Origin: an uncultured Gammaproteobacteria bacterium
GTDB lineage: Bacteria > Pseudomonadota > Gammaproteobacteria > DRLM01
Reading direction: 5' to 3'
NCBI GenBank assembly: GCA_963729605.1
Contig: CAVSNY010000006.1
Location: 320,001 to 384,000, forward strand
DNA: 64,000 nt
Shown: positions 1 through 9,041 of the stretch, one piece after another
Position numbering within the stretch: position 1 is the first letter of the stretch
How the letters are laid out: each line of letters begins with the position of its first letter
The notes under the pieces: model-generated
Databases searched by the model: none
What the model saw: only the letters and a program-made list of their open reading frames with translations
What the model was told of the DNA's origin: nothing
Program-made: the position numbers and the translations under genes

Positions 1-698
1 AAAAATAATTCCTTGCGGTCGGCGTGGGTGGCGAGCAGGCTGCCGTTGCCGGGCAGGCTCAGGCCCAAAGCCTCGGTGAGACAGTTCATGGAATTGGCGG
101 TGAACATGCCGGAGCAGGAACCGCAGGTGGGACAGGCCGAGCGCTCGATGGAGGCGATCTCGTCATCGCTGTATTTGTCGTCGGCGGCGGCGACCATCGC
201 GTCCACCAGATCCAGGCTCACCATCTTGCCCTGCACCCGCGCCTTGCCCGCCTCCATCGGTCCGCCGGAAACGAACACCGCCGGGATATTCAGCCGCAGC
301 GCGGCGTTGAGCATGCCGGGGGTGATCTTGTCGCAGTTGGAGATGCACACCAGCGCGTCGGCGCAATGGGCGTTGACCATGTATTCCACCGCGTCGGAAA
401 TCAGCTCGCGCGACGGCAGCGAATACAACATGCCGCCGTGGCCCATGGCGATACCGTCATCGACGGCGATGGTGTTGAACTCCTTCGCGACGCCGCCGGC
501 GCGTTCGATCTCGCGCGCCACCAGTTGCCCCATGTCCTTGAGATGCACATGACCGGGCACGAACTGGGTGAAGGAATTGGCGACGGCGATGATGGGTTTG
601 CCGAAGTCGTCGTTCTTCATGCCGGTGGCGCGCCACAGGGCGCGGGCGCCGGCCATGTTGCGGCCGTGGGTGGTGGTGCGTGAGCGGTATTGGGGCAT
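1..698 (-). CDS. ilvD: Dihydroxy-acid dehydratase, N-terminal part (runs off window start)
   Basis: Not in the ORF track. Minus strand from ATG at 698 reads [28 protein letters not shown]...[22 protein letters not shown]...[22 protein letters not shown]...CDKITPGM, the classic IlvD N-terminus. Confidence 0.97.
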   Translation of the reverse strand, partial: MPQYRSRTTTHGRNMAGARALWRATGMKNDDFGKPIIAVANSFTQFVPGHVHLKDMGQLVAREIERAGGVAKEFNTIAVDDGIAMGHGGMLYSLPSRELISDAVEYMVNAHCADALVCISNCDKITPGMLNAALRLNIPAVFVSGGPMEAGKARVQGKMVSLDLVDAMVAAADDKYSDDEIASIERSACPTCGSCSGMFTANSMNCLTEALGLSLPGNGSLLATHADRKELF

Positions 699-913
699 GG
701 GCGTCTCGATGATGGTTCACAACAAGAGACGACAACGATAACAAAACCGGGGCCGGAAAGCACTCCATGGGCCGACCCGACGCGCTTTCACCCCTGTTAA
801 GTAACGATTAATTCATAAGGAATTGCCGGAGGGTAAACACCCGTCGACCGCTATTGAAACCGATCTTTACCGGCGCGTTCCGCACCGGGGCGCCGGCCGT
901 TTCAGCCTCCCAT

Positions 914-1087
914 TCATTCATGAGGACCCGGCGCGTCGTCCGTCGACTTGGGTTGTTTCTTGACCCAGCGCTTGAGCAGAAAGTACAGGACGAACACCGC
1001 CAGAAAACCGCTCACCCACAATATTTCCACCCCCAGCAACACGCCGAAGGCATGATCGTGCACCCAGGCTTCGATTTCCGGTCCCAT
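914..1087 (-). CDS. Small [10 protein letters not shown] membrane protein, 57 aa (hypothetical)
   Basis: Manual translation MGPEIEAWVHDHAFGVLLGVEILWVSGFLAVFVLYFLLKRWVKKQPKSTDDAPGPHE*. Purine-rich RBS (GAGAGGGGGGG) upstream of the ATG; one hydrophobic helix followed by a basic KRWVKK stop-transfer. Confidence 0.7.
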   Translation of the reverse strand: MGPEIEAWVHDHAFGVLLGVEILWVSGFLAVFVLYFLLKRWVKKQPKSTDDAPGPHE

Positions 1088-1132
1088 AGTGCCCCCCCTC
1101 TCGGTGCTTGTCCGCCGTGATCCGCATCCTCT

Positions 1133-1225
1133 TTAAGGAAGCTCTGAATAATTCCATCCTGGAATTTCAGAGCACGGGCACATCCATGTGCCGCGGGGCC
1201 TCTGAATAAATCAGAGGTCCCTTAA
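1133..1225. mobile_element. 85-bp MITE-like element with imperfect terminal inverted repeats and TTAA flanks
   Basis: TTAA(1133-1136)-GGAAGCTCTGAATAA...TAAATCAGAGGTCCC-TTAA(1222-1225). Three internal hairpins. Left end recurs at 12505-12531. Confidence 0.65.
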
Positions 1226-1310
1226 TTTAAGATAGCAGCACGGACGGCATGATGCCGCCTCTGCTAAAGTGATTACTATTCGTTTTTTGATGCTGACCGA
1301 TGGAGTCGTC

Positions 1311-2807
1311 ATGCCCAGCCGCGCGCAAGATACCCTGACCGCCTTGCACAGCTTTCTCGATACGCCGCTGGCCGCGCGGCTCGCCGGCGCCCATCCCGCG
1401 GCCGTCGAAGCACGTGTTTTGGCGTTATTCCGCGACACCGCCGCCGAGGTGCCCGCCTACCGGCGTTTTCTCGCCGAACACGGCATCGCCGCGGAACGGA
1501 TCACCTCCCTCGCCGATTTTCAAACCCTGCCGCTGATGACCAAACCAAACTATATGCGCGCCTATCCGCTGACGGAACGCTGCCGTCACGGCGCCTTGCA
1601 CGAATGCGACATGCTCGCCGTCTCCTCCGGCTCCACCGGCACGCCCACGGTGTGGCCGCGCACGGTGGCGCACGAGCTCGACATCGCCTTCCGTTTCGAA
1701 CAGGTGTTTCACGCCTTCCGCGCCCAACAGCACCGCACGCTGGCGGTGGTGTGTTTCGCCCTCGGTACCTGGGTGGGCGGCATGTTCACCGCCGCCTGCT
1801 GCCGTTATCTGGCGCTGAAAGGTTATCCCGTCACCGTGGTCACGCCGGGCAATAAAAAAGAAGAGATTTTCCGCGCGGTGGAAGAACTCGGACCGAGTTA
1901 TGAACAAATCGTGCTGTTGGGTTATCCGCCCTTCATCAAGGACGTGATCGACTCCGGCCGCGCGCAACGGATCGACTGGCCGCGTTACCGGCCGAAGCTG
2001 GTGTTCGCCGGCGAGGTGTTCAGCGAAGAATGGCGCGCGCTGGTGTGCGAACGCGTCGGCGCCGAAGATCCCTGTCAGACCACGGCTGCCCTGTACGGCA
2101 CCGCCGACGGCGGCGTGCTCGGCAACGAGACGCCGCTCAGCATCGCGCTGCGCCGATTCTTCGCGGCGCGCCCCGCGCTGGCGCGCGAGGTGTTCGGCGA
2201 ATCGCGGCTGCCGACCCTGGTGCAATACGACCCGCGCAGCCGTTATTTCGAACTGCACGACGACGGCACCCTGGTGGTCAGCGGTGACGGCGGCGTGCCG
2301 CTGCTCCGTTACCACATCGCCGACCAAGGCGGCCTCATTTCCTACGACGAGATGCGTAATATCGCGCGCACGGCGGGTTGCGACGCCTTCGATAATTTGA
2401 CCGGCAACGACGCCCCGCCGCTGCCCTTCGTCTACCTGTTCGGCCGCGCCGACTTCACCGTCTCCTATTTCGGCGCCAACATCTATCCCGAGAACATCAG
2501 CGTCGGCCTGGAACAGGCCGAGGTGCGCGACTGGGTGAGCGGTAAATTCGTGCTGCAAGTGAGCGAGGCCGCCGATCTCAACGAGACGCTGAGCATCGTG
2601 GTGGAATTGTTGCCGGGCGTCACCGCCGACGATGCGAAACGCGGGACCATCGCCGCGGCGGTGTTAGCCCAGTTGCGGCGGCTCAACAGCGAATTCGCCA
2701 ACTACGTGCCGGCGGAATATCAACCGCCGCAAGTAACGTTGAAACCGGCCGGCGATCCCGAGTGGTTTCCGGCGGGAGTGAAGCACCGCTATACACGAAA
2801 GAAATAA
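1311..2807 (+). CDS. Phenylacetate-CoA ligase (PaaK)-like adenylate-forming enzyme
   Basis: SSGSTGTP P-loop, AGEVF, YGTAD and GRAD motifs of short PaaK-type ANL enzymes; GGAG RBS before ATG 1311. Confidence 0.85.
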   Translation: MPSRAQDTLTALHSFLDTPLAARLAGAHPAAVEARVLALFRDTAAEVPAYRRFLAEHGIAAERITSLADFQTLPLMTKPNYMRAYPLTERCRHGALHECDMLAVSSGSTGTPTVWPRTVAHELDIAFRFEQVFHAFRAQQHRTLAVVCFALGTWVGGMFTAACCRYLALKGYPVTVVTPGNKKEEIFRAVEELGPSYEQIVLLGYPPFIKDVIDSGRAQRIDWPRYRPKLVFAGEVFSEEWRALVCERVGAEDPCQTTAALYGTADGGVLGNETPLSIALRRFFAARPALAREVFGESRLPTLVQYDPRSRYFELHDDGTLVVSGDGGVPLLRYHIADQGGLISYDEMRNIARTAGCDAFDNLTGNDAPPLPFVYLFGRADFTVSYFGANIYPENISVGLEQAEVRDWVSGKFVLQVSEAADLNETLSIVVELLPGVTADDAKRGTIAAAVLAQLRRLNSEFANYVPAEYQPPQVTLKPAGDPEWFPAGVKHRYTRKK

Positions 2808-3049
2808 TGATGGGCGATGTCCTCGCACGGGCGAATTACGCAAACGCCGCAATCGATCCGCCAACGCAAACGGCCACGCAACGTCCGACGACACGCGGAA
2901 AACGCAGCGTGTTTATCGTGTCGCCGTCGCAACCATGAATGCGGCCTGGGGTCTTCGATTTAGTAAAAGAATCGCCCTTCACCCGGCGGTACACGCTGCG
3001 CGTTTACACACCGCGACGGCTATCGTATAAATTTGATACTGGAGATGTG

Positions 3050-3475
3050 ATGTTCAATCCTTATGTAATCATACTCGCCCTCTTCACCCTCGCCGGACTG
3101 GCCATCGCCGTCTGGGGCTGGCGGCTGATCGCCCAGGGTCGTGCGACCCGGCGCTGGCCAACTGTCGAAGGCATCGTCGAAAACGAAACGCAAACCGATG
3201 ACAAGATGCCGATCCCCTACGTGAATTACTCGGTGAACGGCCACGCCTACCGCCAGGCATTAACCTTGCCGGACGAAATGCCGTCCGTGGGTGCGGTCAC
3301 GACCAGGCATCTCGAAAAATTTCCGGCGGGCGCCCGTATCCAAGTCCACTACGATCCCGCCCATCCCGAACACATCACCCTCGAACCCGGCCTGGGACGC
3401 GGCGATTGGCTGGTGTTCGCCGCCGGGATAGCCGCCATGCTGTTCGGGATACTCGCTTTATTATTTGGAAAATGA
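3050..3475 (+). CDS. DUF3592-like membrane protein
   Basis: N- and C-terminal TM helices around WPTVEG...Y.Y.VNG..Y...VHYDP.HP; GGAG RBS before ATG 3050. Confidence 0.8.
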   Translation: MFNPYVIILALFTLAGLAIAVWGWRLIAQGRATRRWPTVEGIVENETQTDDKMPIPYVNYSVNGHAYRQALTLPDEMPSVGAVTTRHLEKFPAGARIQVHYDPAHPEHITLEPGLGRGDWLVFAAGIAAMLFGILALLFGK

Positions 3476-3640
3476 GCGCGGGAAATTTCGGGTCGTGGCT
3501 GCCTTTGTTCTACGGCACGCGGCCACTGAACCGCCTTGACCAAGCGCCGTCACCCCCCCGGCGAATGCCCCGTAAAATAGCGACCCATAACAGCGGGGCG
3601 CATCGTCTACTGTCAAACTGTAGCGATCTATCCAAGACCA

Positions 3641-3790
3641 CTAGACGATTCGACGACCTTGAATGAGACGAATCAGTATCACCACGATGGCGATCACCAA
3701 AAGAATATGAATGAATCCCCCCATGGTGTATGAGCTGACCAAGCCAAGTAACCACAATACAATTAAGATGACCGCTATTGTCTCGAGCAT
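3641..3790 (-). CDS. lmo0937-family (DUF5670) small membrane protein, 49 aa
   Basis: Not in the ORF track. Translation MLETIAVILIVLWLLGLVSSYTMGGFIHILLVIAIVVILIRLIQGRRIV*; strong AGGAGG RBS. Confidence 0.9.
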   Translation of the reverse strand: MLETIAVILIVLWLLGLVSSYTMGGFIHILLVIAIVVILIRLIQGRRIV

Positions 3791-4272
3791 TTTCTATCCT
3801 CCTATTAAACTGCCGTAAATCCAGGTCCGCGGAGAGGTTAGCGACGACGCATCTGACATAGCCGATATTGGCAAGATATTCTCCGCCATCCTCTATCTTG
3901 GAATAGCGGGTTCTCACGGCGACGCGGCACAAGAGGCAAGCACATCATCTCCATCTCACGGACGGTTTTTTCCTTCAATTGCATCGGCAAACCCCGCAAC
4001 AGGTCCGTCAACGCGTAAGCATGTGCTCCTCCGTCGCCAATATCCTGTCCGGCATGCGGCCTGTGGTAGGGTTTTGTTCGGCGAGGTATTCAAGGCCAAA
4101 GCTGATGGAGAGTTATGCGCATCAATCGGATCTGATACCTGAACAATAGAATGCTCATCAATTGAACGGAGCGGCGCTCAGCGAACCATCTCGCACTCGC
4201 CAGCACGGCAAAAGCTGGACCCACTACTGAAATTTATATCCGACAGTGGGCCGCATCCTAACTATCCACCCC

Positions 4273-4590
4273 TCATTTGAGCAGGATGTCGTCCTTGACG
4301 GATTTTACGCCCTTGACGCCTTGCGCAATCTCCGCCGCCTTGCGTTTGTCGCCCGCGTCGTGCACAAAGCCACTCAATTGAACCACGCCTTTGAAGGTTT
4401 CAACGTTGATCTCGGCCGACTTCAACGCAGCGTCATTGAAAATCGCCGCCTTCACTTTGGTGGTAATGACAGTATCGTCAATGAATTCGCCAGTCCCTGC
4501 GTGCTTTGCCGATGACGCACAACCCAGGGCGGAGGCTAACACAACGGTAAAAAACAATGCGGCAATGTGTTTCAGTGTTTTCACGGACAT
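4273..4590 (-). CDS. BON-domain (OsmY-like) lipoprotein
   Basis: Lipobox ALGC; DDTVITTKVKA...INVETFKGVVQLSGFV...VKGVKSVKDD is a single BON domain; AGGAG RBS. Confidence 0.92.
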   Translation of the reverse strand: MSVKTLKHIAALFFTVVLASALGCASSAKHAGTGEFIDDTVITTKVKAAIFNDAALKSAEINVETFKGVVQLSGFVHDAGDKRKAAEIAQGVKGVKSVKDDILLK

Positions 4591-4859
4591 GCTCTCCTGA
4601 TGCTATTGAAATAATACTTCTAATTCTCGCTCGAATTTATAATGAGCCGCTCCTACTGACGACCACTCAACGCGGTGCGATGCTGCGGCCGGTGCTGAAA
4701 GCTGCCTGTCTGATTGTCAATGCGCATCTATAAAAAGCACCGTCGCCATACCGAACCCGCTGGCTGCCATCGCCATCAAGCTCACGCATCGACGCAATCA
4801 CACCGTACCTCGCCATTCTGAAACGGTGAGAGGCAGCTTAGGCTCAACACTGAGCGCGG

Positions 4860-4879
4860 TCGGTACGGTGACGCACATA
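4860..4879. promoter_or_regulatory. Crp-family operator copy 1 (upstream of BON gene)
   Basis: TCGGTACGGTGACGCACATA; minus-strand TAAGCT (-10) at 4835-4840 puts the centre at -41.5. Confidence 0.75.
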
Positions 4880-5132
4880 AGACAGACAATGGTCGTGTAG
4901 GGTAGATGATCCCCAGGCGGGCTGAGCGACCATTCAACTCTGCATGAATCGTTAAGGATGTCCGAACGCGGATTGACCAGGCGGTTCGGCGCGAAACAGA
5001 GCGACGGAGACCGGTTCGATCGACTCAGCGTACCCGCCGCCTCGGCCGAGGCCGAGACACCGCCATCGTAAATATAACGACTACGTTGATCAGACTAAAT
5101 TAGGCCTCTTCCAAAATTTTCCACAGGCTCGC

Positions 5133-6299
5133 TCAAGCATCCGCGGGTCGTTGCAGTACCAATCGGTACGCATCCATTCCGCGACTGAGGAAGGCGTACG
5201 CCGATCCCCAGAGATAGAGGCGAAAGCGACGGTAGAGCATCTCGCCCCAGCGGCTGATGATCTCCTCCCTCGCGGCATCCAGATTTTCGGCCCACGCCTT
5301 ACATGTGAGGTAATAGTTGTGGCGGTCGTTGTGAACCGCCAACACCTCCAACGGAGTTTTCGCCGCTTCGCTCAGGAACTCGTGTAGACAGAAGTAGCTA
5401 TGATCCCCAGGAAAGATATAACGGGAGACGAAGGTGGGTTTGGAATATTTCTCGCGGAAAGCGCTGGCGTCGAGATACACTCGCCCCCCGGGTTTCAATA
5501 GGTTTTGTAACTGCCGCAACACGGCCGGATAATCGGGAAGATGCTCCATCACGCCCAATATGACGATGGCGTCATAAGGTTCAGGCGAGGTGTATTCCAA
5601 AAAATCCTGGTTCAGCACGCGGCAGGGAAGCTGCAAGCACTGAATCAGATCCGTCAGGAACTCTGCCGAGTGGCGCGATATCGTCAGCGAGGTGACCGCT
5701 ATACCGCGCCGGCCGGCATGCTCGGTAAAGGCGCCCCATCCACCGCCGACATCCAACACGCGACATCCCGGCCGCAATCGGCATGCATCGATGGCAAAGT
5801 CCAGTTTGCGGCACTGCGCCGTTTCCAGGGTCTCGTCGTCGCGCTCGAACACCGCTTGCGAATAACAGCGGGTCGGATCCATGAATTTTAGATAAAACTC
5901 ATTGCTGAAATCATAGTGGCTGGCAATCGCCCGGCGGTCGGTTTGCACCCGTCCGACGAATAGCGGCGCGATCCGCCGCCACAGGGTGTGCAGCGGATGG
6001 CTATCGCTCAGCACGCCGCGGAGACTGACGAAACCCAGCATATCCCCGACGACGTCCAGGCTACCCGCCATGTAAGCTTCGCAGATTCTCAGTTCGTCCA
6101 GTCCGCTGAGAGCGGCCAAACCGTCGCGATCCTTGACCAAGACCTTGAGCGCGGGTTCTCCTTTGCCGAAGCGATAGCTGCGATCTCCCCATAAGCGAAT
6201 CTCGAAGGGAATCTTTATCTGATCGGCCAAGCGATCCTGAAACAGCTTGAATACCCTATCGTAACGCGTTACCAAGGCAGCTTCGGCCGATATATCCAT
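5133..6299 (-). CDS. cfa: Cyclopropane-fatty-acyl-phospholipid synthase family SAM methyltransferase
   Basis: IASHYDFSNEFY, YSQAVF, LETAQ.RKLD, VLDVGGGWG, YIFPG, YYLTCKAW, FRLYLWG motifs; GGGAGGAG RBS before ATG 6299. Confidence 0.88.
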   Translation of the reverse strand: MDISAEAALVTRYDRVFKLFQDRLADQIKIPFEIRLWGDRSYRFGKGEPALKVLVKDRDGLAALSGLDELRICEAYMAGSLDVVGDMLGFVSLRGVLSDSHPLHTLWRRIAPLFVGRVQTDRRAIASHYDFSNEFYLKFMDPTRCYSQAVFERDDETLETAQCRKLDFAIDACRLRPGCRVLDVGGGWGAFTEHAGRRGIAVTSLTISRHSAEFLTDLIQCLQLPCRVLNQDFLEYTSPEPYDAIVILGVMEHLPDYPAVLRQLQNLLKPGGRVYLDASAFREKYSKPTFVSRYIFPGDHSYFCLHEFLSEAAKTPLEVLAVHNDRHNYYLTCKAWAENLDAAREEIISRWGEMLYRRFRLYLWGSAYAFLSRGMDAYRLVLQRPADA

Positions 6300-6522
6300 T
6301 GATCGCTCCTCCCATGAAACCCTAAAGTCCCACACCTTTAACAAGCACAGATCAGGATACTATCAGTTGAGGGATAACAGGGCTGTCAGTTTACAACACG
6401 CTTTGATTTTTATTGTCACGGCATCCGCCGTCCTCTTTCAGATCAAGGCCGCGGTCGAATAAAAACCGATCTTGCATCTTAAGGATAGTAAAACGGGTCA
6501 AGCATTATGACCTGGCGGCGCC

Positions 6523-8685
6523 TCACTTGAATTCAGCAAGGGCTCGCTTCATACTGGCCCTAAGCTCATCCCAGACCTTATCCACGATTACTTTGCCTGG
6601 CATACCGGTTCTCAGTAGTTCGGTGTACTCCTCGGCAACCATCGGCCGGTGGAAGTAATACCCTTGCGCCTCTCCACAGCGTGCCGTTCGGAGAAAGTCG
6701 AGTTGCTCTTGAGTTTCCACACCCTCGGCGCTGACCCGCTTATGAAGACTATTGCCCATGCCAATCACGGCACTAACGATGATGGCATCGTCCGGATCGG
6801 TGGTGATGTCACGCACGAACGACTGGTCGATTTTCAGGGTATCGATCGGAAAGCGTTTCAGATAACTTAAACTGGAATAACCAGTACCGAAGTCGTCGAT
6901 AGCCAGCTGCACGCCCAAGGCTTTGAGCGCCTGCAACACGCTGGCGGTGGATTCACCATCCTGCATGAGCGCGCTCTCGGTCAGCTCGATCCCGAGATAA
7001 GCCGGCTCCAGGCGAGTTTCCTCCAGGGCGTCGCGAATACCCTCGAGAAAATGCTTGCTGCGGAATTCGACTGCCGAGATATTGATAGCCACCGAGGCTG
7101 GCTGCAGGCCGGCATCCAACCACGCGCGAATTTGCCGGCATGCCTCGCGCAATACCCAACGCCCGATCGGTACGATGAGGCCGCACTCTTCGGCGATGGA
7201 TACGAATTGCCCAGGATGGAGGAGGCCGCGCTTGGGATGCAGCCAGCGGATAAGTGCCTCGGCGCCAGCAATCTCGCCGGTCTCGAGATGGATTTTTGGT
7301 TGATAATGCAAGACGAATTCCTGTGCTGCCACGGCACGCCGCAGCCCGGTTTCGAGAGATTGCCGCTCCACGGCCCGGTCGTTCATGTCCTGCATAAAGA
7401 ACTGGAAATTGTCGCGGCCATTTTGCTTGGCGTAATACATCGCGGCGTCGGCATTCTTGATTAGGGTTTCCGCATCTTCGCCGTCACCGGGATAAATGCT
7501 GATGCCTATGCTGAGGGTGATATGGAGGTCGTGTCCCGCGATATGGTGACGGTCCGCCAGCGCCAAAATGATCTTTTCCGCGCGGTGCGCCGCATCTTCC
7601 GAACGCTCGATATCGGAAAGCAACACCACGAATTCATCCCCGCCCTGGCGGCTGACGGTATCCGACTCGCGGACGCATGTCGTCAAGCGTTCCGCCACCG
7701 ACTCCAGTAATTTATCGCCGATCAGATGCCCCAACGAGTCATTAATGTTTTTGAACATATCCAGGTCCATAAACAGTACTGCCAGTCGTTTTCGCCGCCG
7801 CCGGGCATGCGAGATCGCTTGGGTAAGCCGATCACTCAAAAGCACGCGGTTGGGCAACCCAGTAAGAAAATCATGTTGGGCCAAATGCGACATTTTGAGT
7901 ACCATTGTCCGCGCCTCGCTGACATCATGGAAAACCATCACGGCGCCGATCACGTGACCGCCCCGGTCGCGAATGGGGGCAGCGGAATCCTCGATGGGTA
8001 CTTCAACACCGTCGCGCCGGATCAGGCTACTGTTTGCACTGAGTCCGACGGCTTTATTTCGCAGCACGGCCAATTCGATAGGACTGCGGGCAGGTTCGCC
8101 GGTAATGCCGTCGATGATGTGGAGCACGTCGGCAAGCGGCCGACCGGTTGCCTCTTCCCGCGACCAACCGGTCATGCGTTCGGCGACCAGATTGAGGTAG
8201 GTGACATTGCCGAGAATGTCGGAGCTGATTACGGCATCACCTATGGAGTCGAGCGTGACTTGAGCACGCTCTCTCTCGATAAACAGCGCCTCTTCCGCTA
8301 CCTTGCGCGCTATCACGTTGCGCAGGGCGTGAGACAAGGAGTAGCCGTCAATATGACTTCTGAGGAGGAAATCCTGCGCGCCGTGTTGTATGGCTTGCTG
8401 TGCGGCGTCTTCCTGGTCCAAATCACTGAGAATCAGGATCGGGACCTGAGACTCGATCGCATATAATTTATCGAAGGTCTCGATACGATGACTATCGGAC
8501 AGGAATAGATTGAGTAAGACCGCCTTGATCCCTCCATCATTGATGCGTGCGATGCCGTCCGCGAGTGTTGTAACCCATTCGATCGTGAATGGACCATATC
8601 TTGCGTCAACGAGCGTATCCCGAATCGATTTGGCAGCAGTGGGATCACCTTCGATGAGTAGAACCCTTTCATTGATATTGCCCAT
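6523..8685 (-). CDS. REC(degenerate)-PAS-GGDEF-EAL c-di-GMP metabolising protein
   Basis: HDFLTGLPNR, RESD I-site, GGDEF, AEALIRW and DDFGTGYSSLSYL all intact; PAS (TLDSIGDAVI...YLN); REC has LLNL in place of LLDL. Confidence 0.95.
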   Translation of the reverse strand: MGNINERVLLIEGDPTAAKSIRDTLVDARYGPFTIEWVTTLADGIARINDGGIKAVLLNLFLSDSHRIETFDKLYAIESQVPILILSDLDQEDAAQQAIQHGAQDFLLRSHIDGYSLSHALRNVIARKVAEEALFIERERAQVTLDSIGDAVISSDILGNVTYLNLVAERMTGWSREEATGRPLADVLHIIDGITGEPARSPIELAVLRNKAVGLSANSSLIRRDGVEVPIEDSAAPIRDRGGHVIGAVMVFHDVSEARTMVLKMSHLAQHDFLTGLPNRVLLSDRLTQAISHARRRRKRLAVLFMDLDMFKNINDSLGHLIGDKLLESVAERLTTCVRESDTVSRQGGDEFVVLLSDIERSEDAAHRAEKIILALADRHHIAGHDLHITLSIGISIYPGDGEDAETLIKNADAAMYYAKQNGRDNFQFFMQDMNDRAVERQSLETGLRRAVAAQEFVLHYQPKIHLETGEIAGAEALIRWLHPKRGLLHPGQFVSIAEECGLIVPIGRWVLREACRQIRAWLDAGLQPASVAINISAVEFRSKHFLEGIRDALEETRLEPAYLGIELTESALMQDGESTASVLQALKALGVQLAIDDFGTGYSSLSYLKRFPIDTLKIDQSFVRDITTDPDDAIIVSAVIGMGNSLHKRVSAEGVETQEQLDFLRTARCGEAQGYYFHRPMVAEEYTELLRTGMPGKVIVDKVWDELRASMKRALAEFK

Positions 8686-8814
8686 GCTCGTAAACTCCCT
8701 TAAATGCTAAATGACGCAGAGTGCAGGGTGTCGAACCCACTGCTGTTCTTAAGCTGCTCATCCATCGGGCAAGTCAATCGCCATGATTACGATACAGCGA
8801 GAAGGTTGGCATGC

Positions 8815-8834
8815 TCTGTTCGCTAACGAACATA
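8815..8834. promoter_or_regulatory. Crp-family operator copy 2 (upstream of GGDEF-EAL gene)
   Basis: TCTGTTCGCTAACGAACATA; minus-strand TATCGT at 8789-8794 puts the centre at about -42.5. Confidence 0.78.
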
Positions 8835-8947
8835 AGGTTGTAGCCGGTCTCAACCGGAGGACAGTGGTTCGCGGCGTCCATCACCATGAAAATACAACCC
8901 TGATAAGGACAGAGTCCGTTAATTTCTTGTCGTGGATTTATCAGACC

Positions 8948-8977
8948 AAAAAAAGGCCCTGCGAGGGGGCGCAAGGC
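8948..8977 (-). terminator. Intrinsic terminator after PRC-barrel gene
   Basis: Minus strand GCCTTGCG-CCCCCT-CGCAGGGC-C-TTTTTTT. Confidence 0.75.
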
Positions 8978-9041
8978 TGAAGGGAGAATATGTCGTCTAT
9001 ACCGCTTTAACCATAGAACTATAAATCAGTAACCCGCCTAC

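Noticed and set aside
13-683. Plus-strand ORFs of 179 and 219 aa
   Set aside because: Antisense shadows of ilvD. The same applies to the many long antisense ORFs over secA, ftsZ/ftsA, algC, mur genes and others in this GC-rich sequence.
918-1157. 79-aa minus-strand ORF from the track
   Set aside because: Starts inside the MITE and has no protein features; the 57-aa frame at 914-1087 has the RBS and TM helix.
3510-3932. 140-aa minus-strand ORF
   Set aside because: Overlaps the lmo0937-family gene in another frame and has no recognisable features.
3980-4030. GGCAAACC...CGC resembling a c-di-GMP-I riboswitch
   Set aside because: No GNRA-capped P2 or P3 receptor, and it is on the wrong strand for the neighbouring genes.
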